A DNA stretch of 64,000 nucleotides from Balanoglossus misakiensis (taxonomy: Eukaryota; Animalia; Hemichordata): contig CM082597.2 in assembly GCA_040954595.2 (NCBI GenBank), forward strand, positions 8,018,343 to 8,082,342, in the 5' to 3' direction. The notes below the pieces were generated by a model. It had not been told where the DNA came from. It was given only the letters and a program-made list of their open reading frames with translations, and did not search any database. Below, piece by piece: positions 41,159 through 53,449 of the stretch (within the stretch, counting starts at the first letter, position 1; each line of letters begins with the position of its first letter). A program made the position numbers and the translations under genes.

Positions 41159-41800
41159 TTCATCTTCATCATCATCACAATCATCATCATCTTCATCATC
41201 ATCATCACCTTACCTCCATACATACCTACAAACAAACCAACCAACAAACAAACCTTCATCCATCATCATCATCTTTATCATCATCATCATCATCATCATC
41301 TTCATCTTTATCTATATCTTCAACATCATCACAATCATCATCTTCATTATCATCCTCACAATCATCATCATCATCATCATCATTATCATCATCATTTTCA
41401 TCATCATCATCATCAATCATCATCATCATAATCATCATCATCTTTATCTTCTTCATCTTCTTCATCTTCATCATCATCACAATCATCATCACAATCATCA
41501 TCTTCATCATTATCATCTTCATCATCATCACAATCATCATCTTCATCATACATACCAACAAACAAACAAACCAACAAACCAACAAACAAACAAACAAACA
41601 AACCTCTATCCATCCATCACAATCATCTTCATCATAATTATCATCACAATCAGTTTTATCATCATCACCTTACCTCCATACATACCTTCAAACAAACAAA
41701 CAAACATACCCCCATCATCATCATCATCATTATCACAATCATCATCATCACAATCATCATCGTCAACCAACCTCCATACATACAAACAAGCACCCCCCAA
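37004..41800 (+). repeat. Structured (CAT)n satellite, domain II, with ~18 copies of an accttacctccatacatacctac(AAAC)n linker
   Basis: Linker recurs from 37004 to ~41667 with a variable (CAAA)n tract. Confidence 0.95.
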
Positions 41801-41869
41801 ACACGCAAACTACCACACTCCTACAGACTACCATATTTCATACCCACTACAATAATTCTACATTTAGAT

Positions 41870-42085
41870 TCCATTCGAATCTAAATGTAGAATGTTTTCA
41901 ATTTTATCTTCACAGAAATATCTACAAGAACAAGGTTTTGAAGAAACTGGGTAAAGTTGACAGCGAGCTTTGTAACTTCTGTTCCGAATACCCTGATTCT
42001 ATATTACATCGATTATGGTTTTGCTCAGTTGTGAAAGCTTTTTGGAGGGAATATTGTATTTATTTGATGATTTTAACATTGATAT
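41870..42085 (+). mobile_element. L1/Tx1-clade LINE fragment (zf-RVT CCHC region)
   Basis: LKKLGKVDSELCNFCSEYPDSILHRLWFCSVVKAFW fits C-x2-C...H-x4-C...FW. Confidence 0.7.
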
Positions 42086-42776
42086 ACAACTTGAGGCCAA
42101 ACAAAAAAGTATGTGCTGTTCCTATTACTTGGTTTACAGATACAGGGTAGTTGGCATAGGAAGGTTTTTGTACTGTGCAATATTGTTATATCTTTGGCCA
42201 CTGTAGTGTAGAAGAATGACGTCATAGTCGTTGTGCGTTTCGCACAATTTTCATATTTTTTGCATTTGAAATTGTTATTTTTACTTCCAGTTTAAGAAGC
42301 TCTAAAAAGTTTAGGATCGGCGGGCTTAAATTAGTATAGATATGGTACATCTACTTATTCTTGCCAAAAATATATATGTTAGTCATTTTAAAAACCCTCA
42401 GAGACTTGTATGACACAATTACATGAACATGGTAACAGAAGTCGAATATTGTATTGCATTGAAAAATGGAACACTTGAGAAACACCAGTGTAAATGCATC
42501 TGTTAAACAGATTTCAACTCCGCAGCCTTGCTTTCTTTTTCGTCCTAATCTCTATCCTTTGTCTTTTTTGTGTACCGTAGTTTTTTGATCTGTTTTATGT
42601 ACTTATTTTGTTTTGCATTATTATTATTAAAATCCGTTGTTGATGAATATTGTCTTGTTTTCATTTACAGGTTCTGAACAATTTAGGTAGTCTAGTATCT
42701 AGCCATTTTCTGTCCGCTTTGCTTCCAAAACTACTTCTATCGTCATGCATGTCACTGGCCCTGCCTCATACCCCTG

Positions 42777-42929
42777 AAGTGTTTCGGGCAATATTTACGG
42801 CTTCCATGTAGCTACAGTTGCCCAAATGTTTCTTATATTTTCATTATGTAGTATTCCATGATAAATGTACGGGAAAAATGGGCAATTTTCGATGATGAAA
42901 AAGGGATAAACACGAGAAAAACTGGGGCT
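42777..42929 (+). mobile_element. Partial copy (right end) of the TTAA MITE at 52703-53305
   Basis: Collinear with 53153-53305, ends ...ctggggct|ttaa. Confidence 0.7.
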
Positions 42930-43819
42930 TTAAGGAAATGCATTATACTCTGTGTGTGTGTCTCCATTGATATGCGTCACATTTATCAGCCCGTTGAAAT
43001 AATCATCAGATGAATTTTTTGGTTAGATTGGAAATAATTTTACTTTCCAAACAATTTAAGCTCAGTCTCACTGATTACATAAAGCCATACAATACAGTCA
43101 TACATTCGGAGATCACAAACGCAGCTTGTCTAGCTGCAGATGGGAAGTGTAGGCAGAAATCGGAAAGAATATAACACTTCAATTTATGATCATCTCTAAT
43201 GTGATAATTTCATTGGTCGACTTCCAAATACAGTGATATTTTTCATATGTTGAAGATATCTGAACAGCTTTATCAAAACCTGTTGTGAAAATTAAAAAAA
43301 AACGACCATTTTGCAAGTGTTTACTCAAAATTCTACATATATTCTAATTAAAAATGGGGAAAAAGCGGGACCACGAAACCAGGTTGCAGGACGACTAAAT
43401 TATTTTATTTACTGATATGGGGACAGAGTAGATTCAAAATGGATATACTCACCCCTGCTCGAAATGTGAAGAGACTCTTGGCTCTCTGTGAAAGCTAACA
43501 ACAAACGCGTCAACATGCATTAATTATGATACTACTGGGGAGTTAATGATGACCTTTCATCTAGGAGAGAAGTCCACAATGGAGGTTAATCAACCCCTAC
43601 CCCGTGTGTAATTTTTTCATCAGAAAATGGTGAAAAGTTTGTTTGCATGTAATATTGATTACCATAACCAAATCTCTTTAGCCTATGGATGGGCAGCTTT
43701 TCAAAAATACCGTAAATGAGTTGTTTTTTCATGATCTTCGGGGGGGGGGGCTATTCGTGGATCGACAACACGTCAAATGAAATTATTGTAATGCCCAGCC
43801 TTTGAAAAATTCGGGTCCT

Positions 43820-46800
43820 GATAATATTGTTGCAGCTTCTCATGTAAATGGTACTGTAATTGTTTTCATGAAACATTGAAAAAAAAAATACCAGCTGTAT
43901 GTTCTATTATTCATGAGAAGATGACCGATATCCTTGTAGTAACGGAATCTTGGCTGAGTGACTCAAAACAGCATTTGACTAGGATGAACTTCGCTCATCG
44001 TTGATTGGTTATAATATCTACAACTCTCCTGGTGCATCTCGTAGAGGTGGCGGAGTGGCAGTAATTGTGCGGAAAAATCTAACCACCAATGTTTCAACAA
44101 ACTATAGTTTCTCATCTTTTGAATAAAAGATTTACGTATTCAAGTAAAGTCTGTAATGATCCACATGATAGTTGTTTATCGTCCACCACAGTCAAGGAAA
44201 AATGGTTCAACACCCACAGCATTCTTCAGCGGATTCACATCGTTACTGGAGTGCGTTGTCGTTTCGCCTGGAAAATTACTTATACTTGGTGATTTCAACT
44301 TTTACATGGAAGATAGATAGATAGATAGTTTATTTCACCAGATAGATGCATTTGACGAAACTGGTGCGGACCAGGGAAGAAGTTCTAGTGGAACTAGTCG
44401 CGTCCCTGGCCCTAAATACATACAAATCATTGAAAAAATTAATATAATTGCCTATTCATATCACAAAGCAATAGTTGGTAGTCAAACAACGCGGTGACAA
44501 GGTAAATAGGTTTATAACAGAGGTTAAATTAATCTATGCTCAAGAGATACATTTTCAGAGAGCTTTTAAATAAATTCCTTGATTGAATTGATTTTATTTG
44601 TGTAGGAATTTCATCCTAATGCTTGGCAATAGAATAGTATAAATTATTTAGAGATGAAGTAAGTTTTACTTTGGGAAGCGTAAACTTATCAGAAGAGGCA
44701 AATCTTGTAAAAAATTGTGTGATACAAATGAAGCATAGCGATCTAGTGAGTGGGCATAATGCCCTGCCTTTAGATCACACGCAAAACACAAGTTTGAAAT
44801 TTACAGAGTTTGTAAACATTAAGCATTCCAAGTTGCTGAAAAACTGGTGCACTTTGTGTATTTGGGCTAGAAAATGTTATAAGTCTCACAAGTCTCTTTC
44901 ACAATTTGAAAATACAATCTAAATAGGTTTTATACGCATTTCCCCATATTTCGATACAATACATTATATGGGGAAGGATAAGACAATTGTATAATAATAA
45001 AATTATAGACTTAGGGAGATAAATGCGTACATATGAAATAATACCGACTTTTGGCGAACCTTCTTAAAAATAATGTTGATGTGAGACTTCCAGGATAATG
45101 ATGAGTCAAGAGTAACTCCAAGATAAACAGCAGATGAAACATTTTGTATTGGTAAATCAGAGATATATAAATCCCCCTCAGGCTCAACATTCAGAGTGGC
45201 AAGATCGATTTTGTCCTGCTTATCTGAACAAAATAAATTGGTATCGTCAGCAAATATCCCGAATTGAAAATAGTCTGAAGACCTGCAGATATCATTTATA
45301 TATACTAGAAAAAGAAGTGGACCTGGAATTGATCCCTGTGGAATCCCACAGGAGATCCTTTTCGCTTTTGAAGTACAATTATTGACCTTGACATACTGCC
45401 GTAGGTCTTCTATATAAGTCTTAAACCAATTAAGTGCGGATCCCCTAATCCCATAGTGGCTTAGCTTAGCTAACAAAATTGTATGAAGATCTGCTAAAGC
45501 TAACTTAGTACTATATTTCTTACGAAATCCATATTGGCTGTTAGTGAGAATATCAATTTTTTTTTCAAAAAGAGAACACAGTTGCTTATTTACAATAGAC
45601 TCGTACAGCTTACTAAAGATTGGCAAGACAGAGATAGGTCTGTAATTTCCTATTTCATGAACACAACCCTTTTTAAAAATTGGTGTTACTCTTGCCATTT
45701 TCAGTTTCTCTGGAAAAATACCCTGTGACAAGGAAATATCAACAATATGAGCAAATGGTTTTGTAATATAATCAGCTGCTTCCTTTACAAGTTTTGGATA
45801 TATTTCATCAAAACCAGCAGCTTTATAATGGTCTAATAAATTGATTTCTCTGAGTATATCACAAGAATGCACAGGATGGAAAAGAAAGAATTAAATGACT
45901 AATACCAATGTTATCATTGAAATTAGCGATACAATGTATTTGTGAAGCTAGATTTTGTCCAATGTTGACAAAAAAAATTAAAAGCGTCAACTATATCAAT
46001 ATTTTTAGTAACAAAATTCCCAGGGTTTCTGTCATCTTTTATTTTTTGTGGAGCATTAACTTTTGAACTTTTGTTCAAGATTTCATTGGTGACTTGCCAT
46101 TTTTTGTTGTCCTTCCCAGAGGCTACAGACAGTTGCAAGATGATACTAATCGCGATGTAATCAAGTTTAAAAAACGTTTAGTATCATTTGATCTCGTCCA
46201 GCCTGTAACCGGCCCGACGCATGAAAGGAGTCACACACTTGATCTGGTTATATCACATTCATCGCAAAATCTCGTTAAGGATTTTGAATTGGACAGTAGC
46301 CTACCATCGGATCATAGTTTGGTTAATTTTGCATTTCGTTTGACTAGACCTCACACCAGGAAGATCAAAGCTGTTAGTCGGAAAATAACTAATATTGACT
46401 GCAATCAAGTGATGTCATGTATGAGTGACAATCCTCTCTCTACACTGGAAGGCGCATCTGTGGATATGCTGCTTCAGGATTATACTATCACTTTGTCCAG
46501 GGTATTTGATACTGTCGCCCCACCAACAACGAAAGTTGTCAACGACAAACCACGTGCACATTGGTTCTGTGGCAAAATTCGTGATCATCAAAAGGAAGTC
46601 AGAAAATTACAACGTCTCTATCTGGAATGTAAATCCTCTGGAGATAAATAAACAAATCTTCCACGCGAAACGCTCTGCTCATAATCTACTCGTCAACAAC
46701 ACCAGATCTGCCTACTATCGTTCAAAGATTAAAAACTCTGATCATCGTAAGTTATTCTCTATCATCGACGATATCATGGGTGAGAAACCATCATCAGCCC

Positions 46801-47259
46801 TGATTCTGTCACGTCATTGCGACCCCAAGGTTCTGGCTGAAAAGTTTTCGGACTTTTTCTTGGAGAAAGTGATGAAGTTCAGAGAGTTACTGGATTCCAC
46901 AAGTGGGGTACAAGAATTTTATGACTGGGGCCCAACATTTAATGATTTCATGTGTTTCAGAGCAATATGTCTCTAAGTTAATCAAATCAATGAATTCCAA
47001 ATCTTGTAAGCTTGACCCAATCCCGACTTCTTTGCTGAAAATGTGCCTTCCATATACATCAACACGTATCACAGACATAGTAAATAAGTCATTTATTTCT
47101 GGTGTTTTTCCGCAGTGTCTAAAACATGCCATAGTTAGACCTTCACTGAAGATGCATGGATTGGATCAAGATAAATTGAAAAACTATCGACCTGTATCAA
47201 ATCTTCGTTTATTGGTACAGTCATTGAAAGGATAGCAGTAGATCAACTACATCATCATT
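43820..47259 (+). mobile_element. Decayed L2/CR1-group LINE ORF2 (APE endonuclease + start of RT), interrupted by a second LINE and cut by the duplication breakpoint
   Basis: DILVVTESWL, RRGGGVAVIVR, VVYRPP, ILGDFNF; then PTHERSHTLDLVI, KSCKLDPIPTSLLK, NYRPVSNL. Confidence 0.85.
44315..46136 (-). mobile_element. Nested 5'-truncated CR1/Crack-like LINE (RT with internal deletions), (CTAT)n tail, AAGAT target-site duplication
   Basis: ORF 45003-45872 has NYRPISVLP, QYGFRK, GIPQGS, FADDTN. AATAAA plus ctat repeats at ~44315-44335. aagat at 44310-44314 and 46137-46141. Confidence 0.88.
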
Positions 47260-48629
47260 TAAGCGACAAGAACCTCTTGTCAAAACACACAATGTATTCA
47301 GTAACCCGGGTCTTCCTGATCTTGCAAAGACCAAGCCCACATAGAGAAGATGACATAGGACAAGTCACTATGTAGCTGTTAGTCTGTTACAGACTTTTAG
47401 TGTATGGGAACATACATGTACTTTATTGAACACACTCTGCATCTGAAGTGTATGTAATAAAAGCATGTGATTGTTACTTAAAATACAGTGAGGTGTGATT
47501 TTCTTGTTTGTATTTTGGTTAATGTTACTCTGTCTGTTCTAGACATTGTCATTGTTTTTGTTTGTTTTGTTTTGGAGTGAATGGGCAATGATTGCAGCCT
47601 GGTCAGAAGTCTAAGTCCCAAATGTTTGAAGTTGTCATCCATGACCTAAGAAAAAGTGGAGCAAACCATAGACGGCTTCTGTTGCAGTGATTCAAATACT
47701 TTGAGAAGAACGGTCGACCCAGCATAAACAGCATATACAACTTCAGCACCGAAGTTTTCTGAGAAAGATGACAAAACTTTATTTTTCCATTTTTTTAAAC
47801 AAACCTGACCCATTAAAGTTACCAAAATATGTTAAAATTTCTTTGGATGTTGAACGGTTTTTCAACCCAATATTGGAAAAAATCTTAGGAACCTAAAATG
47901 ATCTCAAGAATATTAATGAGCTTGAGTTGTGTGAAGTTAATCAGATCCACCGTATATATATTCCTATGTAAACTGTCAACCACAGTTAAGGTGTTTTCGA
48001 CTGCCTATCGTGTACTAAAGTGTGTAGAATAATATCGCACTACGAAATTAGAACTCTGAATCGGGCAATATTATTATCATTTCGCGTTTTTTTCGGTACA
48101 CCGTCCGAGCTGTTGATTAATTACTATAATTTGTAGGAACATACATTCAGAACGATTGCATCGGGGAAGTGAGTTACCGGTGTTAATATGTAAACAGATC
48201 GACATCGGCGATGTAAACGTGGCGAAATTTACATGGATATTGAAGGGGCTATTTTATTCTTCACGGAAAATATCGTTTTCGGCGTTATAAAGTCCGTTAA
48301 AATTTGAATATTTAATGAGAAAGTGGGAAAATGACGATTTCCTGCACTTCCGCACTCGATCTTCTTCAAATTTTCTGTGTAAGCATTCCTGAACTTTGGC
48401 CTTATCATCCTGGGCATTGATTAGTTCAGATTTTGGATCAAAGCATTATATATAGCGGTGTACAGGACGGATAAGGGGGTGGCTTCTTTGTTGTTGACAT
48501 AGTCGACATATTTGCCGTTGGTGGCGTAATTAACGTTTTTCCCATTGTGCTTTGCGTGACAATAGGGGTCATGCAGGTCATGGGCGATCGATTAGATTGT
48601 CAAGGCGCTTATGGCAGCGAACGCTCGTG
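47260..48629 (+). mobile_element. Truncated copy of the CAC transposon (3' end and 24-spacer terminus only)
   Basis: Reverse complement of 1392-2759; ends ...gaacgctcgtg at 48629. Confidence 0.85.
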
Positions 48630-48708
48630 TGAGGTGAGATCACAACAAGTGATGACTCATAGAGGAGGAAGCACAGCATGTGATGACTCATCTAACCTGT
48701 CCACTTAC

Positions 48709-48802
48709 CTAGACATTTAGGACAGCACTGCCCTGGTACACATGCAAAATTAGAACATGTTGTGGCTTCACACACTGTTAAATTACAAGTCACAGTACCA
48801 TC
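48709..48802 (-). CDS. VWC half exon (duplicate of 1219-1312)
   Basis: 94 nt, AG/GT, DGTVTC...CCPKCL. Confidence 0.85.
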
Positions 48803-49072
48803 CTGTAAATACAAATTATTTAATGGGTTATTATTATAAAATTATGGACGACCATTGACCCTGACCCTGACCATTGATACTTTTAATAGTAAAGGAATGT
48901 ATGTGTGCACCAATGTTCATGATGCATGTAGACTAGACAATGTTTCTCCTACGTGTATTAGTGGAACATTTTTGATTTGGTTAAAAGGTCTCTGTATCTA
49001 TGATTTTTAGTTTGTATGCATTTTTCCACAGCTTATGCGTACAGTGTAGGTAACACGAAAAAAAAACCTTAA

Positions 49073-49691
49073 AGGGGAAATCCGCTGTAGCTGATTTCTA
49101 CATAATTTGGTAGCTTTGATGTCTCTCTTTCAGAAAACAACATATTCGCCATGTATAGGTCGCGCGATTTTTTACAAAATCTAGGGAAAGTTGGCAGAAT
49201 TTCCAATATGGCGTTTACTGTAATTTGAATCATGGGAAAAAAAGCGCCAGGAGCAACTTCCGCCCACCATGGTGTGGGTGATACCATTCTCCGATTGGTG
49301 TCACTGGGCGACAGACTAGGCGTATTTTCATAGCTATTGTTTGTTTTTTGCATCAGTTGATAAACAATCATCAGCAAAGTCGAAAATTTGTCATCTATTG
49401 ACAGTTTTCATGAGCTATAACCCATGAAAAATATGCATATACGCTTAGCTTGTGACACAGTGACACCAATCGGAAAATGGTATCACCCACACCAAGGTGG
49501 GCGGAAGTTGGTCCTGGCGCTTTTTTTCCCATGATTCAAATTACAGTAAACGCCATATTGGAAATTCTGCCAACTTTCCCTAGATTTTGTAAAAAATCGC
49601 GCGACCTATACATGGCGAATATGTTTTTTTCTGAAAGAGAGACATCAAAGCTACCAAATTATGTAGAAATCAGCTACAGCGGATTTCCCCT
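49073..49691. mobile_element. 619-bp Kolobok-like MITE, ~234-bp TIRs, TTAA target-site duplication
   Basis: ttaa|aggggaaatcc ... ggatttcccct|ttaa; the paralogous site at 950-953 has a single TTAA. Confidence 0.92.
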
Positions 49692-50141
49692 TTAAGTCTT
49701 GGCATGAACACACTGCGTGTGCTTATAACCCTCAAAGCCAAAAGTGCTTTAACACAAGATGTATTCTTCATTAAAAGGACAAAGTCTCTCTCTCGCTGCC
49801 CTTTTTTCCATTAATTATGTTTGATACAAGACACTGTTTATGTTATTGTACATGTGGATATATAGTGAATCAACGTTCAACCACCCACAATTTCTATCCC
49901 GTTTGTAGACACGAGAGTGAAAAACTCGCTGAAATAAATAATTGGTCTCTACCATTTATCCATTTTGGGCGAGTTTTTACTCTCATATCCTACAAACGGG
50001 ACGGAAGTTGTGTGTGGTCGAAAGTTGATTCACTACATGTATATATCCACATGTAGAATAACATAAACAATGTCTTGTATCAAACATCAATAATGGAAAG
50101 GGGCAGCTAGAGAGAGACTTTGTGCAGTGGTGAGAACTTAC

Positions 50142-50318
50142 CAGACACAGGCAGGATCTACACACATCACCAAGAGGGTTGAAGCGATCACCATCAGCAT
50201 ACAAGATATTATTGTATTCACACAGACTACAGTCTGGACAGCAATCAGAAGCTGTGTACAGTCCATGCTCACATGTTACTGGACACTCTAATTCTGTACA
50301 GGTAATCTTGGAATCAGG
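50142..50318 (-). CDS. VWC exon (duplicate of 330-506)
   Basis: 177 nt, phase 0-0. Confidence 0.85.
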
Positions 50319-50350
50319 CTGAAAGAGGAACGACAACAATCAGGTTCATA

Positions 50351-50558
50351 CTGTAAAACAGTTTACTTTCGTGAGTTGAAATTTTCACGATATCGAGAGA
50401 GGCCACTGTTTCGCGAGTATTAATTTTTGTATTTCCTTATTTCATTCACTGCATCGTTATCTTCAAAAAAATGTTATGCGACTTTTTATTTTCATGCTAT
50501 TTTGGCTCTCGCATAGTTCGCGTAAATTTATTGCTCGCGAAAATAACATGTTTTACAG
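50351..50558. mobile_element. MITE family A copy (duplicate of 90-297)
   Basis: CTGTAAAAC TIRs, TA flanks. Confidence 0.85.
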
Positions 50559-50813
50559 TATTTTGTAGTAGAAAACAGACATAGATATGACTATACTCCT
50601 GACCAGTAACCTTAAATTGTTTGAGGTATGTACGAGGTCAGATCTACATAGTCGACATCCAACACATTCTCAAAAAAGTGAAGTCTGCTCCAAGGGTTTG
50701 CATCAAGCAATCAGTTGCACCTTTTGTTTAATACACAGAAATGACTGAACTGTGAAGAATTTGACCAATCAGAAATCTTGTTAGATCTGTGCTACTGTAT
50801 TCTGTGTTCTTAC

Positions 50814-51008
50814 CTGACAAGTACAGCTCTGACATGGACCATTCCTCTTAAACCACGACTGTCCAAATGGATAGATGATTCCGGAAGGATCTACACATCC
50901 CGGAAGTTGGTTGCATGTCGGGCAGCATTGACCGGGCAGGAATGTCTGAAACTCGATTGCACAGGGAAGTTCTGGACACAGTACAGGTTTACATCCTATT
51001 TGTCCATC
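50814..51008 (-). CDS. VWC exon (DGQIGCKPVLCPELPC...GPCQSCTCQ)
   Basis: 195 nt, phase 0-0, open frame. Confidence 0.85.
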
Positions 51009-51044
51009 CTGTAATTAAATAATTAAAATTTTGATATTGCTACT

Positions 51045-51480
51045 AATGCAATACGGACAACATAAACAATTCTTTGTTTTGCGTCTTTCCATAAGGTACT
51101 ATACTTATGCCCAGTTGCACAATGATCACTTCACAGATGATGCTGAAATCATTGCAGACACATGCATGGACGGAAGGACAGAAAAATTGATTTAATCTTT
51201 AAGTTTCCGCATTCCAAAGCATGAACTAACAACACAATTAAATTTTGGAAGTCAACTGCTGTGGCTGAAATACATTAATATCAGATGGAACTACAGACTG
51301 AAGTAAAAATCATAATGACTATACAACTGCCATTGAAGAATGCAATAAGGCCAACATAAATAAATTCTTTGTTTTGCGTCTATTCATAAGGTACTATACT
51401 AATGCCCAGTTGCACAATGATCACTTCACAGATGATGCTGAAATCATTGTGGACATACATGTGCATGGATGGAAGGACAG
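51045..51480 (+). repeat. Pair of ~140-bp direct repeats (51045-51181 and 51339-51480)
   Basis: aatgcaata.gg.caacataaa...cacagatgatgctgaaatcattg is duplicated. Confidence 0.8.
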
Positions 51481-51533
51481 ACAGACCTCTATAGGGGGAA
51501 CTGGGTTGAGAGGGTGAATAGACATGTTCTTAC

Positions 51534-51601
51534 TGAACACCAACAAATTGTACAGTTCTGATTGGCTGGTTTAAACGTCTCACCATCAAAGAAACAACTT
51601 G
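51534..51601 (-). CDS. VWC N-half exon (ASCFFDGETFKPANQNCTICWCS)
   Basis: 68 nt, phase 1-0. Confidence 0.75.
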
Positions 51602-51715
51602 CTGGGAATATACAATAAAAAAGATAACATTGCAACATAATCAGCAAATGATAGACATAATGGTTAGAAATACTGTATAGTACCAAATTGAACTCCAATG
51701 TACATTGATCACATA

Positions 51716-51907
51716 CTGTAAAACACTTTATTTTCGCGAGCAATAAATTTTCGCCAATATAGTGTGAAAATAAAAAGTCGCGTAAATTATTTTTGAAGAT
51801 AAGGATGCAGTGAATGAAATAAGAGAACGTGAAAATTAATACTCGCGAAACAGTGGCCTCTCTCGATATTGCAAAAATTTCAACTCTCGAAAATTAAGTG
51901 TTTACAG
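51716..51907. mobile_element. MITE family A copy
   Basis: CTGTAAAAC terminus, shared internal sequence. Confidence 0.85.
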
Positions 51908-52255
51908 TTGTAATGCCATGTTTGAACACTTTATCGATGCCCGATTGTGGCTTTATGTAGCGATTCGAAAACATATACATGAACATCCATACAAACAGTA
52001 CGCAGCTATCGTGGTATGCGTCACCAAGAGAAGACATACTGATGCAAATCAAGTCACATGGCTTAATGGTGAGAATTTTAAAGGATAGGGAAAAGGTTTG
52101 AAGTATTTTATTGTGGAAAAAAATGTGTGAAATTTGGCAGCTCTAGAGGCTTTAAATGGTATGGTAAGATCCACAGACTGAGAATGCGGAAGAAATGGTT
52201 CTCAATATTTCCCTGAAGTTCGGAAAGACTAATCAAGAGAAAATTTCAAAGTCAC

Positions 52256-52343
52256 CTTTACAGACCGGACAGCATGGTCCCTGAATGGGATTTGCACACG
52301 TCACCAAAGGACAGTCGTGAACCAAACACATCACACTGCCTTT
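52256..52343 (-). CDS. VWC C-half exon (KGSVMCLVHDCPLVTCANPIQGPCCPVCK)
   Basis: 88 nt, phase 0-1. Confidence 0.85.
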
Positions 52344-52702
52344 CTGAAACAGAGAAAAATACAGATCATATGAAAGGAGATGCTTCAACATAACATGTCA
52401 GTCAACTAAAATAATAAGCCAAACGTTACAGATAGTAGACCTTTGATACAAAAATAAAATCTAAATATGAGACTAGAGCCGTAATTGATGAATTTAGTAC
52501 CACATGAAATCAAGACATACTAGACATTGTGCCAAAAAAAACAGCACAGCCGAACAGGGTAGCAGCCATGGTGACCTTTGTGGAACTGGTCACCAAATGG
52601 TAATGAATTCAACACAGTTCGATCACTTCATGGGGATTCTCTTTCTGACCAGAGGAACAGTGACATGTGATCAGAAATTGACCTATCAGAATGCAATCTT
52701 AA

Positions 52703-53305
52703 AGCCACAGTATTTCTCGTAGGGGCAAAATTTTGTTTGAAACGACATCTATAATTTCTAAAAGTAGATGATAATTGATACTGAATCGAACAGTCATCAT
52801 TCCCAGCTCTGCTGATAAACTCATACAATTTACAATATAACGAGTGAAGAATGACTTTCTGTCCGGACAGAAAGTCACGTGAGTCAGGCTAATGTTGACA
52901 CACGTGACTAGTGCGCATGCGCACTCAAATGTGAATCTATGCAGAAGAGGTTTGGTCGCCCCAAATCAAGCGACTCAGCGAAGAAATGCGCACTAATTCG
53001 GCGAAATTTTGGGAAGATAACTTTATGGGAGAAATCAGTCGATGGAACCAGATCAAATCCGAAAATGGTCTGACCATCAAAATGTCAAAGTGGCACGTTT
53101 GCTGATCGACATGTACAACATTTCCGTTGTAAACAAACCCGCGCATCATTTCAAGTGTTACGGGCAATATTTTCGGCTTGCATGTAGCTACAATTGCCCA
53201 AACTTTTCTTACATCTTCATTATATAGTATTCCATGATGGATGTACTGGAAAAACGGGCTTTTTTCGATGATGAAAAATGGATGCACACGAGAAATACTG
53301 GGGCT
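52703..53305. mobile_element. Kolobok-like non-autonomous element with TTAA duplication
   Basis: ttaa|agccacagtatttctcgt ... acgagaaatactggggct|ttaa. Confidence 0.8.
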
Positions 53306-53366
53306 TTAAGTATAAATGTATCTCATGTGATCAGAAATTGACCAATGCAGTCTGTCTGGTACTTAC

Positions 53367-53449
53367 CAAACATTGACATTGTGAACATGTGTTGTTCGGA
53401 TCAGTAAATATTTCACCGTCATTTGAAATATAACCATTGTATAAACATT
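53367..53449 (-). CDS. VWC N-half exon (ECLYNGYISNDGEIFTDPNNTCSQCQCL)
   Basis: 83 nt, phase 1-0. Confidence 0.85.

Larger units (their letters stand above)
47260..50647 (-). repeat. Right arm of inverted duplication
   Basis: Reverse-complement match to 1-2759 plus a 619-bp MITE insertion. Confidence 0.95.

Noticed and set aside
30091-41700. CRISPR-like appearance of conserved linkers separated by variable spacers
   Set aside because: The spacers are hundreds of bases of microsatellite rather than unique 30-40-mers; there are no cas genes and the context is eukaryotic.
29379-41800. Minus-strand poly-Met/poly-Asp ORFs as an acidic biomineralisation protein
   Set aside because: The Asp frame is repeatedly broken by non-triplet units and linkers; no signal peptide or credible splice structure is seen.
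49069-50056. Paired identical small ORFs on opposite strands (also 15867/17874, 590/49817, 1602/48229)
   Set aside because: A consequence of inverted repeats, not evidence of conserved proteins.
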